Assembly (NCBI GenBank): GCA_002011735.1
Contig: MTOQ01000011.1
Location: forward strand, 2,761-66,760
Reading direction: 5' to 3'
Source: Nitrospirae bacterium JdFR-81
Lineage (GTDB): Bacteria; Nitrospirota; Thermodesulfovibrionia; UBA6902
Length of the DNA stretch: 64,000 nucleotides
Shown: positions 46,883 through 58,553 of the stretch, piece after piece
Layout of the letters: every line of letters starts with the position of its first letter
How positions within the stretch are numbered: position 1 is the stretch's first letter
The notes under the pieces: model-generated
The model's database searches: none
What the model was told of the DNA's origin: nothing
What the model saw: only the letters and a program-made list of their open reading frames with translations
Position numbers and translations under genes: made by a program

Positions 46883-47637
46883 TTCTTTGCGATATTCAGT
46901 GGCTTCACCACCACATCCTTGAACCTGAGGTCAACATACTGGATCTCCATGCCCATGCGCCTCAGCTCTGGCTCAAGCTCCATCCACCTCCGGAGCTTCT
47001 TCCTGTAGCCTCCGTACCCTATCTTTATCGCCTCACCGTCAACCTTCAAGAACAGGCCATAGGGCTCAAGACCTATCTCCACGGAGTTGCTCCTGTCAAG
47101 GAGTCCACTCTCATCAAGGGCATCGATCAGCCTCAATGACTCCTTAAACCCCTTATGGTTACGTTCAGGGTCTATATTAATGACAGGCAGAAACCTGTTG
47201 ACATCATCCCTTATCTCCTGCAGGATATTCCCCTCGTCATCTATGAGGAAGAGCCTGCCATGGAGGCTCAACAGTGCCTCTGGCCTTGCCTCCTCAATCC
47301 TTATCATGAGGGTATAGGGGAACCGTTTCTTGAGGGAGACCCTCTTTATCCATGGGTTCTGCCTGAGCCTCCTGTCAACCTCATCCAGGTGGAGCTTGAG
47401 GAGGTTCATCCCATCATACAGGCCCGCACCTTTAAGGACCTCCTGCCTGTCAAGATAATGATTGCCCGTCACCTCTATCTGTCTGAGTGTCATCAGGCCT
47501 GCAGAGACCCTGAATATGAACATCCCTAACAATACGACTCCAGCGATGGAGACAAGGATGATCCCGTATCTCAGGAACCTTATCACCCTCTCGCTGCCCC
47601 TATAAGCTGCCTTTTTCTTCTTAGCCCTTGAGCGCAA
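46879..47637 (-). CDS. ftsQ: Cell division protein FtsQ/DivIB (POTRA domain)
   Basis: Basic N-terminal tail, one TM ([17 protein letters not shown]), then a POTRA-like region [23 protein letters not shown]. Position between ddl and ftsA. Confidence 0.8.
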   Translation of the reverse strand: MRSRAKKKKAAYRGSERVIRFLRYGIILVSIAGVVLLGMFIFRVSAGLMTLRQIEVTGNHYLDRQEVLKGAGLYDGMNLLKLHLDEVDRRLRQNPWIKRVSLKKRFPYTLMIRIEEARPEALLSLHGRLFLIDDEGNILQEIRDDVNRFLPVINIDPERNHKGFKESLRLIDALDESGLLDRSNSVEIGLEPYGLFLKVDGEAIKIGYGGYRKKLRRWMELEPELRRMGMEIQYVDLRFKDVVVKPLNIAKK

Positions 47638-48550
47638 GCCTGATCATCTCCTCTATAAGGTCATTAAAACTCATGCCCGCAGAGTTTGCTATCTTCGGGA
47701 GGAGGCTGGTCGTGGTCATCCCAGGAATCGTGTTCACCTCAAGCACATAGGGTGTCCCCCCATCATCTATCCGCAGGTCGACCCTGCTCGCCCCTGAACA
47801 GCCGATGGCCCTGTGGGCACTGAGTGCAACCTCCTTGGCCCTCTCGTATACACCTGCATCCAGCTCAGGAGGAAGTATGTATTCAGTAAGGCCTGATGTG
47901 TATTTGGCCTCGTAATTGTAGAACTCAAGGGATGGCCTCACCTCAACACCACCAAGCACCCTGTCGCCAAGTATCCCTATATGGATCTCCTTCCCTTCAA
48001 TAAACCTCTCTATAAGCACCCTGTCACTGTATGAGAATGCCTTATCAAGTGCAGGCCTGAGGGACTCTATATTCCTTACGATATTGACTCCTATGCTTGA
48101 GCCTTCTGTTGCCGGCTTTACAACCCATGGCAGTGGAAAGCCCGCGGTCTCCTGTGTGACACCATTTTTGTCTTTCTTATAAATGGTCACAAACTCTGCC
48201 ACAGGCAGGCCATGATACCTGAAGAGCTTCTTTGAGACCTCCTTGTCCATCGCAATAGCAGAGGCCAGTATGCCCGAGCCTGTGTAAGGGATGCCAAGCA
48301 CCTCAAGCAGGCCCTGTATAGCGCCATTCTCACCCATGCCACCATGGAGTGCCAGGAAGGCAAACCTCACCTTCTCCTTCTTGAGGACATTCACCACATC
48401 CCTGCCAACGTCTATGAGTGAGCAGTTATAACCCAGTTCCTGGAGTGCCTGATATATGGCGAGACCGCTCCTTATCGATACATCCCTCTCGGCAGAGAGG
48501 CCTCCCATCAGTACCCCTATCTTCTTTGTTGTAACAGGTCTCTTTGTCAT
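47621..48550 (-). CDS. ddl: D-alanine--D-alanine ligase
   Basis: ATP-grasp. [57 protein letters not shown]. Confidence 0.95.
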   Translation of the reverse strand: MTKRPVTTKKIGVLMGGLSAERDVSIRSGLAIYQALQELGYNCSLIDVGRDVVNVLKKEKVRFAFLALHGGMGENGAIQGLLEVLGIPYTGSGILASAIAMDKEVSKKLFRYHGLPVAEFVTIYKKDKNGVTQETAGFPLPWVVKPATEGSSIGVNIVRNIESLRPALDKAFSYSDRVLIERFIEGKEIHIGILGDRVLGGVEVRPSLEFYNYEAKYTSGLTEYILPPELDAGVYERAKEVALSAHRAIGCSGASRVDLRIDDGGTPYVLEVNTIPGMTTTSLLPKIANSAGMSFNDLIEEMIRLALKG

Positions 48551-48551
48551 C

Positions 48552-49532
48552 CTATATCTCTCCTATGATCCTTATTTCAGGCTCAAGCACAACTCCGCTG
48601 AGCCTCCTCACCCTCTCCCTGACCTGTGCCATGAGTCTTATAAAATCCCTGCATGTGCCATTCCCCCTGTTTATGAAGTAGTTTGCATGCATCCTGCTGA
48701 CCTCTATATCACCAACCCTCATCCCCTTACACCCTGCCTCATCAATGAGCCTGCCTGCCGTGTCTCCCTCAGGGTTTTTAAAGACACAGCCTGCAGATGG
48801 CTCAGAGAGCGGTTGTGTCATCGCCTTCTTGTGGAGAAACTCCTTTATCCGCATCTTGACTGCCTCAGGGTCATCCCTCCTGAGGACGATGCTGGCGCTG
48901 AGTATTATGTGGTCATCAGGGAGGTTCGAGCTCCTGTATGAGAAGTCCATCTCCTGGATGTTAAAGACCCTTATCCTCCCCTCGCCATCCATGGTCACGA
49001 CCGAGGAGATCACGTCCTTGATCTCCGTCCCGAACGAACCTGCATTGCAGCATACCGCACCACCGAATGTCCCAGGGATACCTGCCAGCGGTTCAATACC
49101 TGAATAACCATACCTCCTTGTATAATTTATAAGGCTTCCAAGGGGGATGCCTGCCTCAACAGACAGCATGACCTCTCCGTTGCCTGTATCCTTGAGCAGC
49201 TCCACATTCCTGAAGGACCTCAATGATATAGCCATACCCCTTATTCCCCTGTCACCAACAAGGAGGTTGCTGCCACCACCGAGGACAAAGCTCTGTATGT
49301 GTTCCCTCTTTGTAAGGAGAAGGAGCTCCTTCAGTGCTACCACGCTCTCAGGGAAGACCATCACGTCGACCGGTCCCCCGATCTTCAGGGTCGTATGCAG
49401 CGACATGAACTCGCCAAACCTCACCTCTCCCTTAAATACATCCTTGATCTTCCTCTTCAGGTCTTCCATCTCCAGCTCTATATTTATCGTCTTCATCCCT
49501 TCAGCCTTATAAACTCCTCCCCTATCTTCCAT
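48552..49532 (-). CDS. murB: UDP-N-acetylenolpyruvoylglucosamine reductase MurB
   Basis: FAD-binding [13 protein letters not shown]-terminal [32 protein letters not shown]. The true start is possibly an internal Met. Confidence 0.9.
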   Translation of the reverse strand: MEDRGGVYKAEGMKTINIELEMEDLKRKIKDVFKGEVRFGEFMSLHTTLKIGGPVDVMVFPESVVALKELLLLTKREHIQSFVLGGGSNLLVGDRGIRGMAISLRSFRNVELLKDTGNGEVMLSVEAGIPLGSLINYTRRYGYSGIEPLAGIPGTFGGAVCCNAGSFGTEIKDVISSVVTMDGEGRIRVFNIQEMDFSYRSSNLPDDHIILSASIVLRRDDPEAVKMRIKEFLHKKAMTQPLSEPSAGCVFKNPEGDTAGRLIDEAGCKGMRVGDIEVSRMHANYFINRGNGTCRDFIRLMAQVRERVRRLSGVVLEPEIRIIGEI

Positions 49533-50908
49533 ACATCCCCTGCACCAAGGGTGAGGAGGACATCTCCACTATGGAGGTCGCTCATAAGATAATCAATGAT
49601 ATCCTCCCTCCTCCTTATATACTCGACGTCCTTTCCGGTCTCCTTTATCCCCCTGTATAAGAGGCCCGAGTCTATGCCATTTATCGGCCTCTCCCCTGCA
49701 GGATATATATCCATCAGTATCACCTTGTCTGCGTCCACAAAGGCATCATAAAATTCACCCAGCAGGTCCCTCGTCCTTGTGTATCTATGGGGCTGAAACA
49801 GGACAACCAGCCTGCCCCTGCTGATCCCCGATGCACCCTCTGCCCCCTTCCCATTGCCTGCTATTTGAGATATCGCCTCCCTTGCTGCCCTCAGTGTGGC
49901 CCTTATCTCTGTGGGGTGATGGCCATAGTCGTCAATCACCCGTATCCCATCAACCACGCCCTTTGTCTCAAACCTCCTCTGGACCCCACTGAAGTCCCTG
50001 AGCGACTTCCTGACCCTCTCCATATCAATACCCAGCTCCCTTGCGACCGCGATGGAGGCAAGACAGTTCTGGACATTGTGTTCGCCTATAAGAGGGACCT
50101 CAAAGCGCCCGAGGTGTTCTCCATTAAGGAAGGCATCGAAGCGTGTCCTCATCCCTTCCCTCACGATACCCCTTGCAACAAGATCCAGCCCTTCGGTAAG
50201 CCCATAGGTTATGTGCCTCCTCCTGACATCAGGGATGAGGCCCTGTACGTGCCTGTCATCACCACATAATATGGAGAGGCCATAAAAGGGCACCTTGTTT
50301 ATGAATGCGAGGAATGCCGATTTTAATTCACCCATGTCCTTGAAGAAGTCCATGTGTTCACGGTCTATACTGGTAACCACCGAGATCGTGGGTGTAAGCC
50401 TCAGGAACGAGCCATCACTCTCGTCAGCCTCTGCAACAAGGAATTCACCCTGCCCAAGCTTTGCACTGCTGCCGGTGCCCCTCAGCCTGCCTCCGATAAT
50501 GACGGTTGGGTCAAGACCACCATCTGCAAGGATGCCAGCGATAAGGGATGTTGTGGTCGTCTTGCCGTGTGAGCCTGCAACGAGTATCCCGTATTTAAGC
50601 CTTCCAAGTTCTGCGAGCATCTCCGCCCTTGGTATCACAGGGATCGCCCTCTTCTTCGCCTCCAAAACCTCTACATTCTCAGACGGGATGGCTGAAGAGA
50701 CGACCACCACATGGGCATCCCTGATATTGTCAGCACTATGCCCTATGGTTATCTCAATCCCCAGGTCCCTGAGCCTCATGGTGGTCTCTGTCTCCTTTAT
50801 GTCAGAGCCTGTAACAACATAGCCCATATTCTTGAGGACCTCCGCAATCCCGCTCATGCCTGAACCACCGATGCCCACCAGGTGTATCCTTTCAAACTTC
50901 TTATACAT
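49493..50908 (-). CDS. murC: UDP-N-acetylmuramate--L-alanine ligase MurC
   Basis: IHLVGIGGSGMSGIAEVLKNMGYVVTGSD. Mur ligase P-loop AGSHGKTTTTSLIA. Confidence 0.95.
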   Translation of the reverse strand: MYKKFERIHLVGIGGSGMSGIAEVLKNMGYVVTGSDIKETETTMRLRDLGIEITIGHSADNIRDAHVVVVSSAIPSENVEVLEAKKRAIPVIPRAEMLAELGRLKYGILVAGSHGKTTTTSLIAGILADGGLDPTVIIGGRLRGTGSSAKLGQGEFLVAEADESDGSFLRLTPTISVVTSIDREHMDFFKDMGELKSAFLAFINKVPFYGLSILCGDDRHVQGLIPDVRRRHITYGLTEGLDLVARGIVREGMRTRFDAFLNGEHLGRFEVPLIGEHNVQNCLASIAVARELGIDMERVRKSLRDFSGVQRRFETKGVVDGIRVIDDYGHHPTEIRATLRAAREAISQIAGNGKGAEGASGISRGRLVVLFQPHRYTRTRDLLGEFYDAFVDADKVILMDIYPAGERPINGIDSGLLYRGIKETGKDVEYIRRREDIIDYLMSDLHSGDVLLTLGAGDVWKIGEEFIRLKG

Positions 50909-50925
50909 AAACCAACCACCAAAAG

Positions 50926-52056
50926 CTAAGGCGTCAAGCCTGTATACTGTATCCTGAACCTTGAATCTATTATCCCCATCATGACATCTATCACCTTCTT
51001 TGTTGCGTCATGCCCACCCAGTGACCTGCTCACCCTCTCCATCTCCTCAAGCACATCAGGGTCCTCGAGTATATATCTTATATGCTCTGAGAGTGTCTTC
51101 CCATTGAGCTCGTCATCCAGTATCATCTGGGCTGCGCCCATCTCACAGAGCTTCTTTGCATTTGAGACCTGATGATCAGAGGCCGCAAAGGGATAGGGTA
51201 TGAGTATCGCAGGCTTGCCACAGGCGGTAAGCTCTGCGAGTGTTGTTGCCCCTGCCCTTGATACAACAAGGTCTGCCACCGCATATGCATCGGCCATCTC
51301 ATGGATGAAGGGGATGATGGTCCCCTTGAAGCCATAACGATGATACATCTGCCTGACTGCCTCAAGATCACGTTCGCCTGTCTGATGGAGAAACTGTATC
51401 TTATCTTTATAGTCCCTCAGATATGTGAGGGACTCAACTACCGCTGTGTTGATCTGGCTTGCACCCCTGCTACCACCAAATACAAATATGGTGAAGTATC
51501 TACTGTCAAGGTTGAATACCCTGTATCCCCTCTGCCTGTCTCCGTGTCTTATCTCCTCACGCACTGGATTGCCGGTGAGATGGGTCTTGTGTGCAGGAAA
51601 GAACGACATGCTCTCGTGATATGTCACGGCTATCGCCTTCACGAATCTGCCCAGTATCTTGTTTGTGGTGCCGGGGATGCTGTTCTGCTCGTGTATCATC
51701 GTGGGTATCCTCTTCAGGAAGGCGCTCAGCAGGATCGCACCTGAACTGTAGCCACCAAGGCCAAGGACGACATCAGGCCTTATCTGCCTGAGTATGCTGA
51801 ATGAGTCCACAAAGGACAACGGTATCTTCAGCAAAGACCTCAGCTTCCTCAATATGCCGTATCCAACCATCCCCTCTGCCCTTATAAACCTCAATTCAAA
51901 GCCCTCTCTCGGGACAACCTTTGCCTCGATCCCCTCTGCCGTGCCCACAAACACGATCCGTGCATCAGGGATGAGCTCCTTCAGTCTCCTCGCAATGGCT
52001 ATTCCAGGGTAGACATGCCCTCCTGTACCTCCACCTGCTATTATGATATTCATCAC
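50926..52056 (-). CDS. murG: UDP-GlcNAc--undecaprenyl-PP-MurNAc-pentapeptide GlcNAc transferase MurG
   Basis: MMNIIIAGGGTGGHVYPGIAIA (GT28 G-loop). C-terminal RAGATTLAELTACGKPAILIPYP. Confidence 0.95.
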   Translation of the reverse strand: MMNIIIAGGGTGGHVYPGIAIARRLKELIPDARIVFVGTAEGIEAKVVPREGFELRFIRAEGMVGYGILRKLRSLLKIPLSFVDSFSILRQIRPDVVLGLGGYSSGAILLSAFLKRIPTMIHEQNSIPGTTNKILGRFVKAIAVTYHESMSFFPAHKTHLTGNPVREEIRHGDRQRGYRVFNLDSRYFTIFVFGGSRGASQINTAVVESLTYLRDYKDKIQFLHQTGERDLEAVRQMYHRYGFKGTIIPFIHEMADAYAVADLVVSRAGATTLAELTACGKPAILIPYPFAASDHQVSNAKKLCEMGAAQMILDDELNGKTLSEHIRYILEDPDVLEEMERVSRSLGGHDATKKVIDVMMGIIDSRFRIQYTGLTP

Positions 52057-53174
52057 AGTCTCTTATGCCCTATAACCAACGCCCTCCTCTTGTTGTGCTC
52101 GGAGATATTTATCAATATCCCCACCGCTATCATATTGACAAGCAGTGAAGAGCCACCGTAACTTATAAATGGCAATGGTAACCCCTTTGTCGGCATGAGC
52201 CCTGTTGCCACCGCGATATTTATGATCGCCTGAACCCCGATCATCATGGTCAATCCCATTGAGAGATAGTAGCTGAAGTGATCCTCTGTGCCCCCTGCTA
52301 TATGCATGCCCTTTGCGATCAGCCATACAAACAGGCCGATAACGATGATCGCCCCAACCAGTCCCATCTCCTCGCCAACAAGGGAGAAGATGAAGTCTGT
52401 ATGGGCCTCTGGAAGGAAGAAGAGCTTCTGCCTGCTGTTGCCTATGCCTGTGCCGAATATGCTACCCCTTCCAAAGGCTATGAATGACTGGACAAGCTGG
52501 AACCCGCTACCAAAGGGATCGGCCCATGGGTCTAAGAAGGCCATGACCCTCTTCCACCTGTATGGTGAGGAGACTATGAGTATGTATACGGCTGGAAGGG
52601 CCGCCAGGACCATCGAGATGAGATACCTCAGCCTTGTGCCACCAAGGTAAAGGAGCGCTATGGTGAGTAGCCCTATATTCATGACACCACCAAAGTCAGG
52701 TTGCAGGAGTATGACCAGCTGGAAGAGGACCATCACCCCTGCAGGTATCAATATCCCGTATCTGAGCTCCTTCATCCTGTAGATGTTCCCTGACATATAG
52801 CCTGCAAGGAATATCACCATCGATATCTTCGCAAGCTCTGAGGGCTGGAAGGTGGTTGGCCATAGCCTTATCCACCTCCTCGCACCATTAACAGACAGCC
52901 CGACATGGGGGACAAAGACAAGGAGGAGCAGAAGCAGGGAGAAGCAGAGGAGGGGTATCCCGAGACCCCTGAGCCTCTGATGATCAACCCTTGAGACCCC
53001 GAACATGGCCGAGACCCCGATAAGGACCGTGAAGAGATGGTTCAACAGGTAATGGAAGCTATTCCCATACTGTCTTGTTGACAACACGGCTGTTGAACTA
53101 TACACCATCAGGAGCCCGATCCCTGTCAGGAGAAACACCGGAATTATGATGCCCCTTGTCCCCTTAAGAGTCAT
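52053..53174 (-). CDS. ftsW: Peptidoglycan glycosyltransferase FtsW (SEDS family)
   Basis: 373 aa, 10-TM SEDS protein with QPDFG- and GSSLL-containing loops. Lies between murD and murG as in canonical dcw clusters. Confidence 0.9.
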   Translation of the reverse strand: MTLKGTRGIIIPVFLLTGIGLLMVYSSTAVLSTRQYGNSFHYLLNHLFTVLIGVSAMFGVSRVDHQRLRGLGIPLLCFSLLLLLLVFVPHVGLSVNGARRWIRLWPTTFQPSELAKISMVIFLAGYMSGNIYRMKELRYGILIPAGVMVLFQLVILLQPDFGGVMNIGLLTIALLYLGGTRLRYLISMVLAALPAVYILIVSSPYRWKRVMAFLDPWADPFGSGFQLVQSFIAFGRGSIFGTGIGNSRQKLFFLPEAHTDFIFSLVGEEMGLVGAIIVIGLFVWLIAKGMHIAGGTEDHFSYYLSMGLTMMIGVQAIINIAVATGLMPTKGLPLPFISYGGSSLLVNMIAVGILINISEHNKRRALVIGHKRL

Positions 53175-54582
53175 ACCTCAACCCCTTTACGGCCTCCTTA
53201 AACCTCCTGCCCCTTTCTTCAAAGTCCCTGAACATATCAAAGCTCGCACAGCCTGGCGAGAGGAGGACGGTGTCCCCTGCCGACGCCATTGAGAAAGCGA
53301 GGTTAACGGCCTCATCCATATCATCAACCATGAATGTATCAACCACATCACCAAGCACCCCTTTAATCTTCTCCCTTGCCTGCCCAAGGAGTATCAGTGT
53401 CCTCACCCTATCCCTCACGACATCCTTGAGCACAGAGAAGTCCTCGCCCTTGTCCATACCACCCATTATAAGGATGACCCTGTCAAGCCCCTCGAGTGAC
53501 TTCCTCACCGCGCCTGTGTTTGTGCCCTTTGAATCATTTATGAACCTCACGCCACCAATCTCACCGACATACTCCAGCCTGTGCTCAAGCCCCCTGAACC
53601 TCCCAAGCACCCTCCTTATCACATCCACAGGCACACCACATAGGAGTGCTATCAGGGATGCTGCCATGGCGTTCTCAAGGTTATGCACACCCCTGATCCC
53701 TATTTCCTCTTCTTTTATAAGGTGGAAGGGAGGGGGAAGGAAGGAGGGGAGACTGGCATAGATCACGCCGTCTCTAAAATGCATCCCTTCCACCTCTTTC
53801 TTGAGACTGAAACAAAGGAGCCCTGGCCTGTCAACCCTTGCCTTCAGCCTCTTATCTATGAGCCCCTCTATCACCACATCGTCTGCATTGACTATGAGAT
53901 AATCACCCTCCTGCTGGTTCTCGAATATCCTTGCCTTTGCATTTATGTATTCATCCATATCCTCATATCTGTCAAGGTGATCAGGCGTTATATTAAGGAT
54001 CGCTGATATATAAGGCCTGAACGTGCTTATGGACTCAAGCTGGAAGCTTGATACCTCAGCCACTATAAATTCGATACCCGAGATTTGAGATTCGAGATCT
54101 AAGATCATCTCGCTCAGTGCGTTGCCGATGTTACCCCCGAAGAGGCTCTTCAGCCCTGCCTCCCTGAGCATCAGGTGCACAAGGGTCGTGGTGGTGGACT
54201 TCCCATTCGTCCCTGTAACTGCTATGAACCTCTGCCGTCCATCACCCATACCCTTTATCACCTGATATGCAAGCTCAAGCTCCCCTATCACAGGCACACC
54301 CCTGATCATCGCACTCAATATCTGGGGCATGTCCATGGGCACACCAGGACTCACCACGATCATATCAGATTCATAGAACAGATGATCGGGATGCTCACCT
54401 GTTATGACCTCGATGGAATCGTCGAGCCTCTCTATATAACCTGAGAGGGCCTCACGGCTGTCCCTGTCGTTCACCGTGACCCTCGCACCCAGGCCATGAA
54501 GGAGATTCGCAGCACCAAGGCCGCTCCTCTTAAGGCCCACCACAAGCACCCTCTTGTCTTTGAATGTGTTTATACCCTCCAT
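53164..54582 (-). CDS. murD: UDP-N-acetylmuramoylalanine--D-glutamate ligase MurD
   Basis: VLVVGLKRSGLGAANLL N-terminal Rossmann. P-loop VTGTNGKSTTTTLV. Confidence 0.95.
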   Translation of the reverse strand: MEGINTFKDKRVLVVGLKRSGLGAANLLHGLGARVTVNDRDSREALSGYIERLDDSIEVITGEHPDHLFYESDMIVVSPGVPMDMPQILSAMIRGVPVIGELELAYQVIKGMGDGRQRFIAVTGTNGKSTTTTLVHLMLREAGLKSLFGGNIGNALSEMILDLESQISGIEFIVAEVSSFQLESISTFRPYISAILNITPDHLDRYEDMDEYINAKARIFENQQEGDYLIVNADDVVIEGLIDKRLKARVDRPGLLCFSLKKEVEGMHFRDGVIYASLPSFLPPPFHLIKEEEIGIRGVHNLENAMAASLIALLCGVPVDVIRRVLGRFRGLEHRLEYVGEIGGVRFINDSKGTNTGAVRKSLEGLDRVILIMGGMDKGEDFSVLKDVVRDRVRTLILLGQAREKIKGVLGDVVDTFMVDDMDEAVNLAFSMASAGDTVLLSPGCASFDMFRDFEERGRRFKEAVKGLRYDS

Positions 54583-54632
54583 CTAAGTGATCGTTCATTA
54601 TCCAAGATTCCTGTCCGGGCATTCATATACCC

Positions 54633-55715
54633 TCACCTTATCTTCAATGTTGTCAGGCTTAACAGTGCCAGTATGATACCCACTATCCAGAACCTCACTA
54701 TCACCTTAGGCTCTGGCCACCCCTTCTCCTCAAAGTGGTGATGAAGGGGTGCCATCTTAAAGACCCTCCTCCCTGTAAGTTTGAATGAGACGACCTGGAT
54801 GATCACCGAGAAGGTCTCTATGACAAATATCCCGCCAACAACGGCAAGGACAAGCTCATGCTTTGTTATCACGGCCAGTGTGCCCAGCGCACCACCGAGG
54901 CCGAGTGAACCAACATCCCCCATAAACACCTCTGCAGGATAGCTGTTATACCACAGGAACCCAAGGGCTGCTCCGAACATGGCACCACAGAAGACCGTAA
55001 GCTCACCTGTGCCAGGGAGATAGAGGACATGGAGATAACGGGCAAAGCCTGAATGGCCTGATATATACACAAGGGCACCATTGGCAAGGGTTGCGATACC
55101 CACAAGCCCTATGGCAAGTCCGTCTATACCATCTGTGAGGTTAACGGCATTGGATGCGCCAACTATAACGAGTATGGCGAAGGGTATATAGAACCATCCC
55201 ATGTTTATCAGCCATTTCTTGAAGAACGGGATGCTCAGCATGGAGGGATAGGGGTCGGCAGGGTTATGATAGAAGATAAGGCCGATGATGAGTGCAAGGA
55301 TGATCTGGAGTCCAAACTTATACCTTGCCCTCAGGCCCTTCGGGCTCCTTCTCATCGTCTTCAGGTAGTCATCGGCCAGGCCGATGAGGCCAAAGCCCAT
55401 TATGGCTGCAAGCATAACAAGTATGTATCTGTTGGCGAGGTCACCCCACAGTATCACACTCACGACTACAGAGAGGATGATCATGACCCCTCCCATGGTG
55501 GGTGTGCCCTCCTTGTTAAAGTGGCTCTTTGGGCCATCATCCCTCACATACTGCGTAAAACTCATCCTCCTCAGCATCTCTATCACCCTTGGTGCGATTA
55601 TAAAGGTGATGGCCATCGCCGTCATGGCGGCAAGGGCCGTCCTGAAGGTTATATACCTGAAGACATTAAATGGAAAGAATATCTCATGCAGCGGATAGAG
55701 TAACTTATACAGCAT
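54633..55715 (-). CDS. mraY: Phospho-N-acetylmuramoyl-pentapeptide transferase MraY
   Basis: NAVNLTDGIDGLA and MGDVGSLGLGGALG signatures. 360 aa, 10 TM. Confidence 0.95.
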   Translation of the reverse strand: MLYKLLYPLHEIFFPFNVFRYITFRTALAAMTAMAITFIIAPRVIEMLRRMSFTQYVRDDGPKSHFNKEGTPTMGGVMIILSVVVSVILWGDLANRYILVMLAAIMGFGLIGLADDYLKTMRRSPKGLRARYKFGLQIILALIIGLIFYHNPADPYPSMLSIPFFKKWLINMGWFYIPFAILVIVGASNAVNLTDGIDGLAIGLVGIATLANGALVYISGHSGFARYLHVLYLPGTGELTVFCGAMFGAALGFLWYNSYPAEVFMGDVGSLGLGGALGTLAVITKHELVLAVVGGIFVIETFSVIIQVVSFKLTGRRVFKMAPLHHHFEEKGWPEPKVIVRFWIVGIILALLSLTTLKIR

Positions 55716-57063
55716 CCCTTATCACCCCTAAGAGCCTCTCCATGCCCATGATGCGTGAACCCTTCAGGAGGATGATGTCATCAGGCCTGATTATATGTCT
55801 GAGATGTGCCCCTGCCTCATCCACATCCCTGAAGCTATGGACCCTGACACCGCTGTTTGTTGAGGCCTCCTGTGCGGCATGGGCCATCATCTCACCAATC
55901 GCTATGAACTCATCAATCCCGATATCGCCTATCATCCTTCCAATATCCCTGTGGGCATCCTCTGCGAGATCACCCAGTTCATGCATGTCCCCGAGTATCG
56001 CCACCGCCCTCCTGTCCCCCTTCATCTCCACAAGCCCATTCAATGCCTCACGCATGGAGACCGGATTGGCATTATAGGAATCGTTTATGATCGTCAGACT
56101 CCCTTCTGTTATCACATCAAACCTCATGGGGAACGCATGATAGGACTGAAGGCCTTCCCTCACCTCTGCCATCTTCATACCGAGGCAGAGGCCAACAGCA
56201 GAGGCAGCAAGGGCATTGTAGATATTGAACACACCATGAAGCGGCAGATCCACATCCACCCCCTCACCCCTCCATCTCAGCCTGAACCTGCTCCCCCTGT
56301 CGGTCCTCACTATATCCCCTGCCATGACATCACCCTCATTCTTTATGGAGAATGTCACCATCATGCCTTTAAAGCCCCTCACCCCATCCATCAGGAGGTC
56401 ATCATCGGCATTAACGATCAGGCCCCTGAGCCCCTCCATTATCTCCAGTTTTGCATCCCTTATCGCCTCGATGCTCCCGAGCATGCCTATATGGGCAGGG
56501 CCTATATTTGTCACGACTCCATACTCTGGCATCCCTATCTCACATAACCGCCTTATCTCACCCTTTGCGTTCATCCCCATCTCAAGCACGACCACCTCGA
56601 CCTCGGGAGAGAGCCTGAGTATACTCAATGGCAGGCCGATGTGATTATTCAGATTACCCTCGTTCCTCTCACACACGAACCTCTTTGACAGGATCGTATA
56701 GGCCATCTCCTTTGTGGTCGTCTTGCCATTGCTGCCTGTTATTGCAACCACCCTTGCCCTGAGCCTCTTTCTATAGAAATGTGCAAGATCCTGTAATGCC
56801 CTGAGTGTATCCCTGACCTTTATCACTACCCTGCCTTCAGGCAGCACATCAGGCTCCTCCTCAACCACCGCACCCCCGCCCTTTTTAAGGGCCTCTGTAA
56901 CAAACCGGTGGCCATCGAACCTCTCACCCCTCAATGCAAAGAACAGTTCCCCCTCGGATATGGTCCGAGAGTCTATGGAGACACCTGTAAACCCTGTCTC
57001 ATCACCGCATAACAACTCACCACAGGTGGCCTCAAGTATCTCCTCGAGACTCAGACCCTTCAT
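55705..57063 (-). CDS. murF: UDP-MurNAc-tripeptide--D-alanyl-D-alanine ligase MurF
   Basis: P-loop ITGSNGKTTTKEM. Mur ligase middle and C-terminal domains. Overlaps mraY by 11 nt. Confidence 0.9.
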   Translation of the reverse strand: MKGLSLEEILEATCGELLCGDETGFTGVSIDSRTISEGELFFALRGERFDGHRFVTEALKKGGGAVVEEEPDVLPEGRVVIKVRDTLRALQDLAHFYRKRLRARVVAITGSNGKTTTKEMAYTILSKRFVCERNEGNLNNHIGLPLSILRLSPEVEVVVLEMGMNAKGEIRRLCEIGMPEYGVVTNIGPAHIGMLGSIEAIRDAKLEIMEGLRGLIVNADDDLLMDGVRGFKGMMVTFSIKNEGDVMAGDIVRTDRGSRFRLRWRGEGVDVDLPLHGVFNIYNALAASAVGLCLGMKMAEVREGLQSYHAFPMRFDVITEGSLTIINDSYNANPVSMREALNGLVEMKGDRRAVAILGDMHELGDLAEDAHRDIGRMIGDIGIDEFIAIGEMMAHAAQEASTNSGVRVHSFRDVDEAGAHLRHIIRPDDIILLKGSRIMGMERLLGVIRDAV

Positions 57064-58553
57064 CTCCCTCCGATCCTCTCCTTGAGGGCCTCCCTCAAGA
57101 CCTCTCGGTCGTCGAAATGGACCCTCGTCCCCTTTATCTCCTGGTAGTCTTCGTGCCCCTTGCCTGCAATCAACAGTGTATCACCCTTCTTGGCCATTGA
57201 GACCGCCTTTTTTATGGCCTCTGCCCTGTCAGGCTCTACAATGTGGTTGTCCCCTCCCATGCCTTCCATGATATCCCTGATGATATCCATGGGCTCCTCA
57301 TCCCTGGGGTTGTCAGATGTCACGATCACCATATCGCTAAGCTCAGAGGCCACAGCACCCATCAACGGCCTCTTTGTCCTGTCCCTGTTGCCACCACAGC
57401 CAAAGACGGTGATCACCCTTCCTCCTGTTGTGAGGCGCCTCGCCTCCTGCAGGAGGTTCCTCAGGGCATCCTCTGTATGGGCATAGTCAACGACGCAGAG
57501 GAAATCCTGTCCCTCATCGATCACCTCAAAACGGCCCGGCACAGGCACTGTATTGTTTATACCACTCTGGATGGCCTCTTTATTTATACCGAGTGCATGG
57601 GCAATCGCAGCAGATATGAGTATGTTATAGACATTGAACATCCCGTAGAGCGGACTTTCAACCTCGAAGACGCCGTCAGGCGTATGCAGATCAAACCTGA
57701 GTCCACCACCATTGCCCCTTATATTAATGGCCCTCACCATCGCACCCTCCTGGAGCCCGCAGGTTATCACATCGCAATCCAGCCTCCCATAGAGGCCCCT
57801 TATCCTCGGGTCATCATAATTCAACACCGCAAGGCCATCCCTCCTCAGGTAGTCAAAGAGCCTCGTCTTGGCATTGAAATACTCATCCATATCCCCGTGA
57901 AAATCGAGATGGTCCTGAGAAAAACTGGTGAATGCAGCCACCTTGAATGAACAGCACTCAACCCTCTCAAGCGCAAGCGCATGAGAGGAGACCTCAAGGA
58001 TGGAGCACTCTACACCGCTATTGACCATCTCCCGCAGATACCTCTGTAGATCAAGGGACTCAGGGGTGGTGTGTAGGGCCTTGATGGTCCTGTCACCGAT
58101 TATGTAATTTATCGTCCCTATAAGGCCAACCTTCCTGCCCCATCTCTCAATGATACTCTTGGTTATATAACTCGTGGTGGTCTTGCCGTTTGTCCCCGTG
58201 ATGCCTATAAGGTCCAGTTCCCGGGACGGCTCACCATAGAATGCCGCTGACAGATAGGCGAGGGCCTTCCTGCTATGAGTGGTAACAATATGAGCGATCC
58301 TCTCATGACCGGCAAGACCTGTTAAGAATCCCTTTTCTACCGCATCCTCTGTAAGCACAGCGGTAGCCCCCCTGCTTATCGCATCGTTTATATAATTGTG
58401 ACCGTCTCTTGAAAAACCCCTGATCGATACAAATAGATATCCATCCCTGACAACCCTTGAGTCATATGCAATCCCCCTTATCTCTACATCAGCCGTCCCG
58501 CTCCTCAGATGTATCTCTATATCGAGCCCCTCTAACAGCTCCCTCAGGGTCAT
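57060..58553 (-). CDS. murE: UDP-MurNAc-L-Ala-D-Glu--2,6-diaminopimelate ligase MurE
   Basis: P-loop ITGTNGKTTTSYI. The DNPR motif (SDNPRDEEP), typical of meso-DAP-adding MurE, is present. Confidence 0.9.
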   Translation of the reverse strand: MTLRELLEGLDIEIHLRSGTADVEIRGIAYDSRVVRDGYLFVSIRGFSRDGHNYINDAISRGATAVLTEDAVEKGFLTGLAGHERIAHIVTTHSRKALAYLSAAFYGEPSRELDLIGITGTNGKTTTSYITKSIIERWGRKVGLIGTINYIIGDRTIKALHTTPESLDLQRYLREMVNSGVECSILEVSSHALALERVECCSFKVAAFTSFSQDHLDFHGDMDEYFNAKTRLFDYLRRDGLAVLNYDDPRIRGLYGRLDCDVITCGLQEGAMVRAINIRGNGGGLRFDLHTPDGVFEVESPLYGMFNVYNILISAAIAHALGINKEAIQSGINNTVPVPGRFEVIDEGQDFLCVVDYAHTEDALRNLLQEARRLTTGGRVITVFGCGGNRDRTKRPLMGAVASELSDMVIVTSDNPRDEEPMDIIRDIMEGMGGDNHIVEPDRAEAIKKAVSMAKKGDTLLIAGKGHEDYQEIKGTRVHFDDREVLREALKERIGGR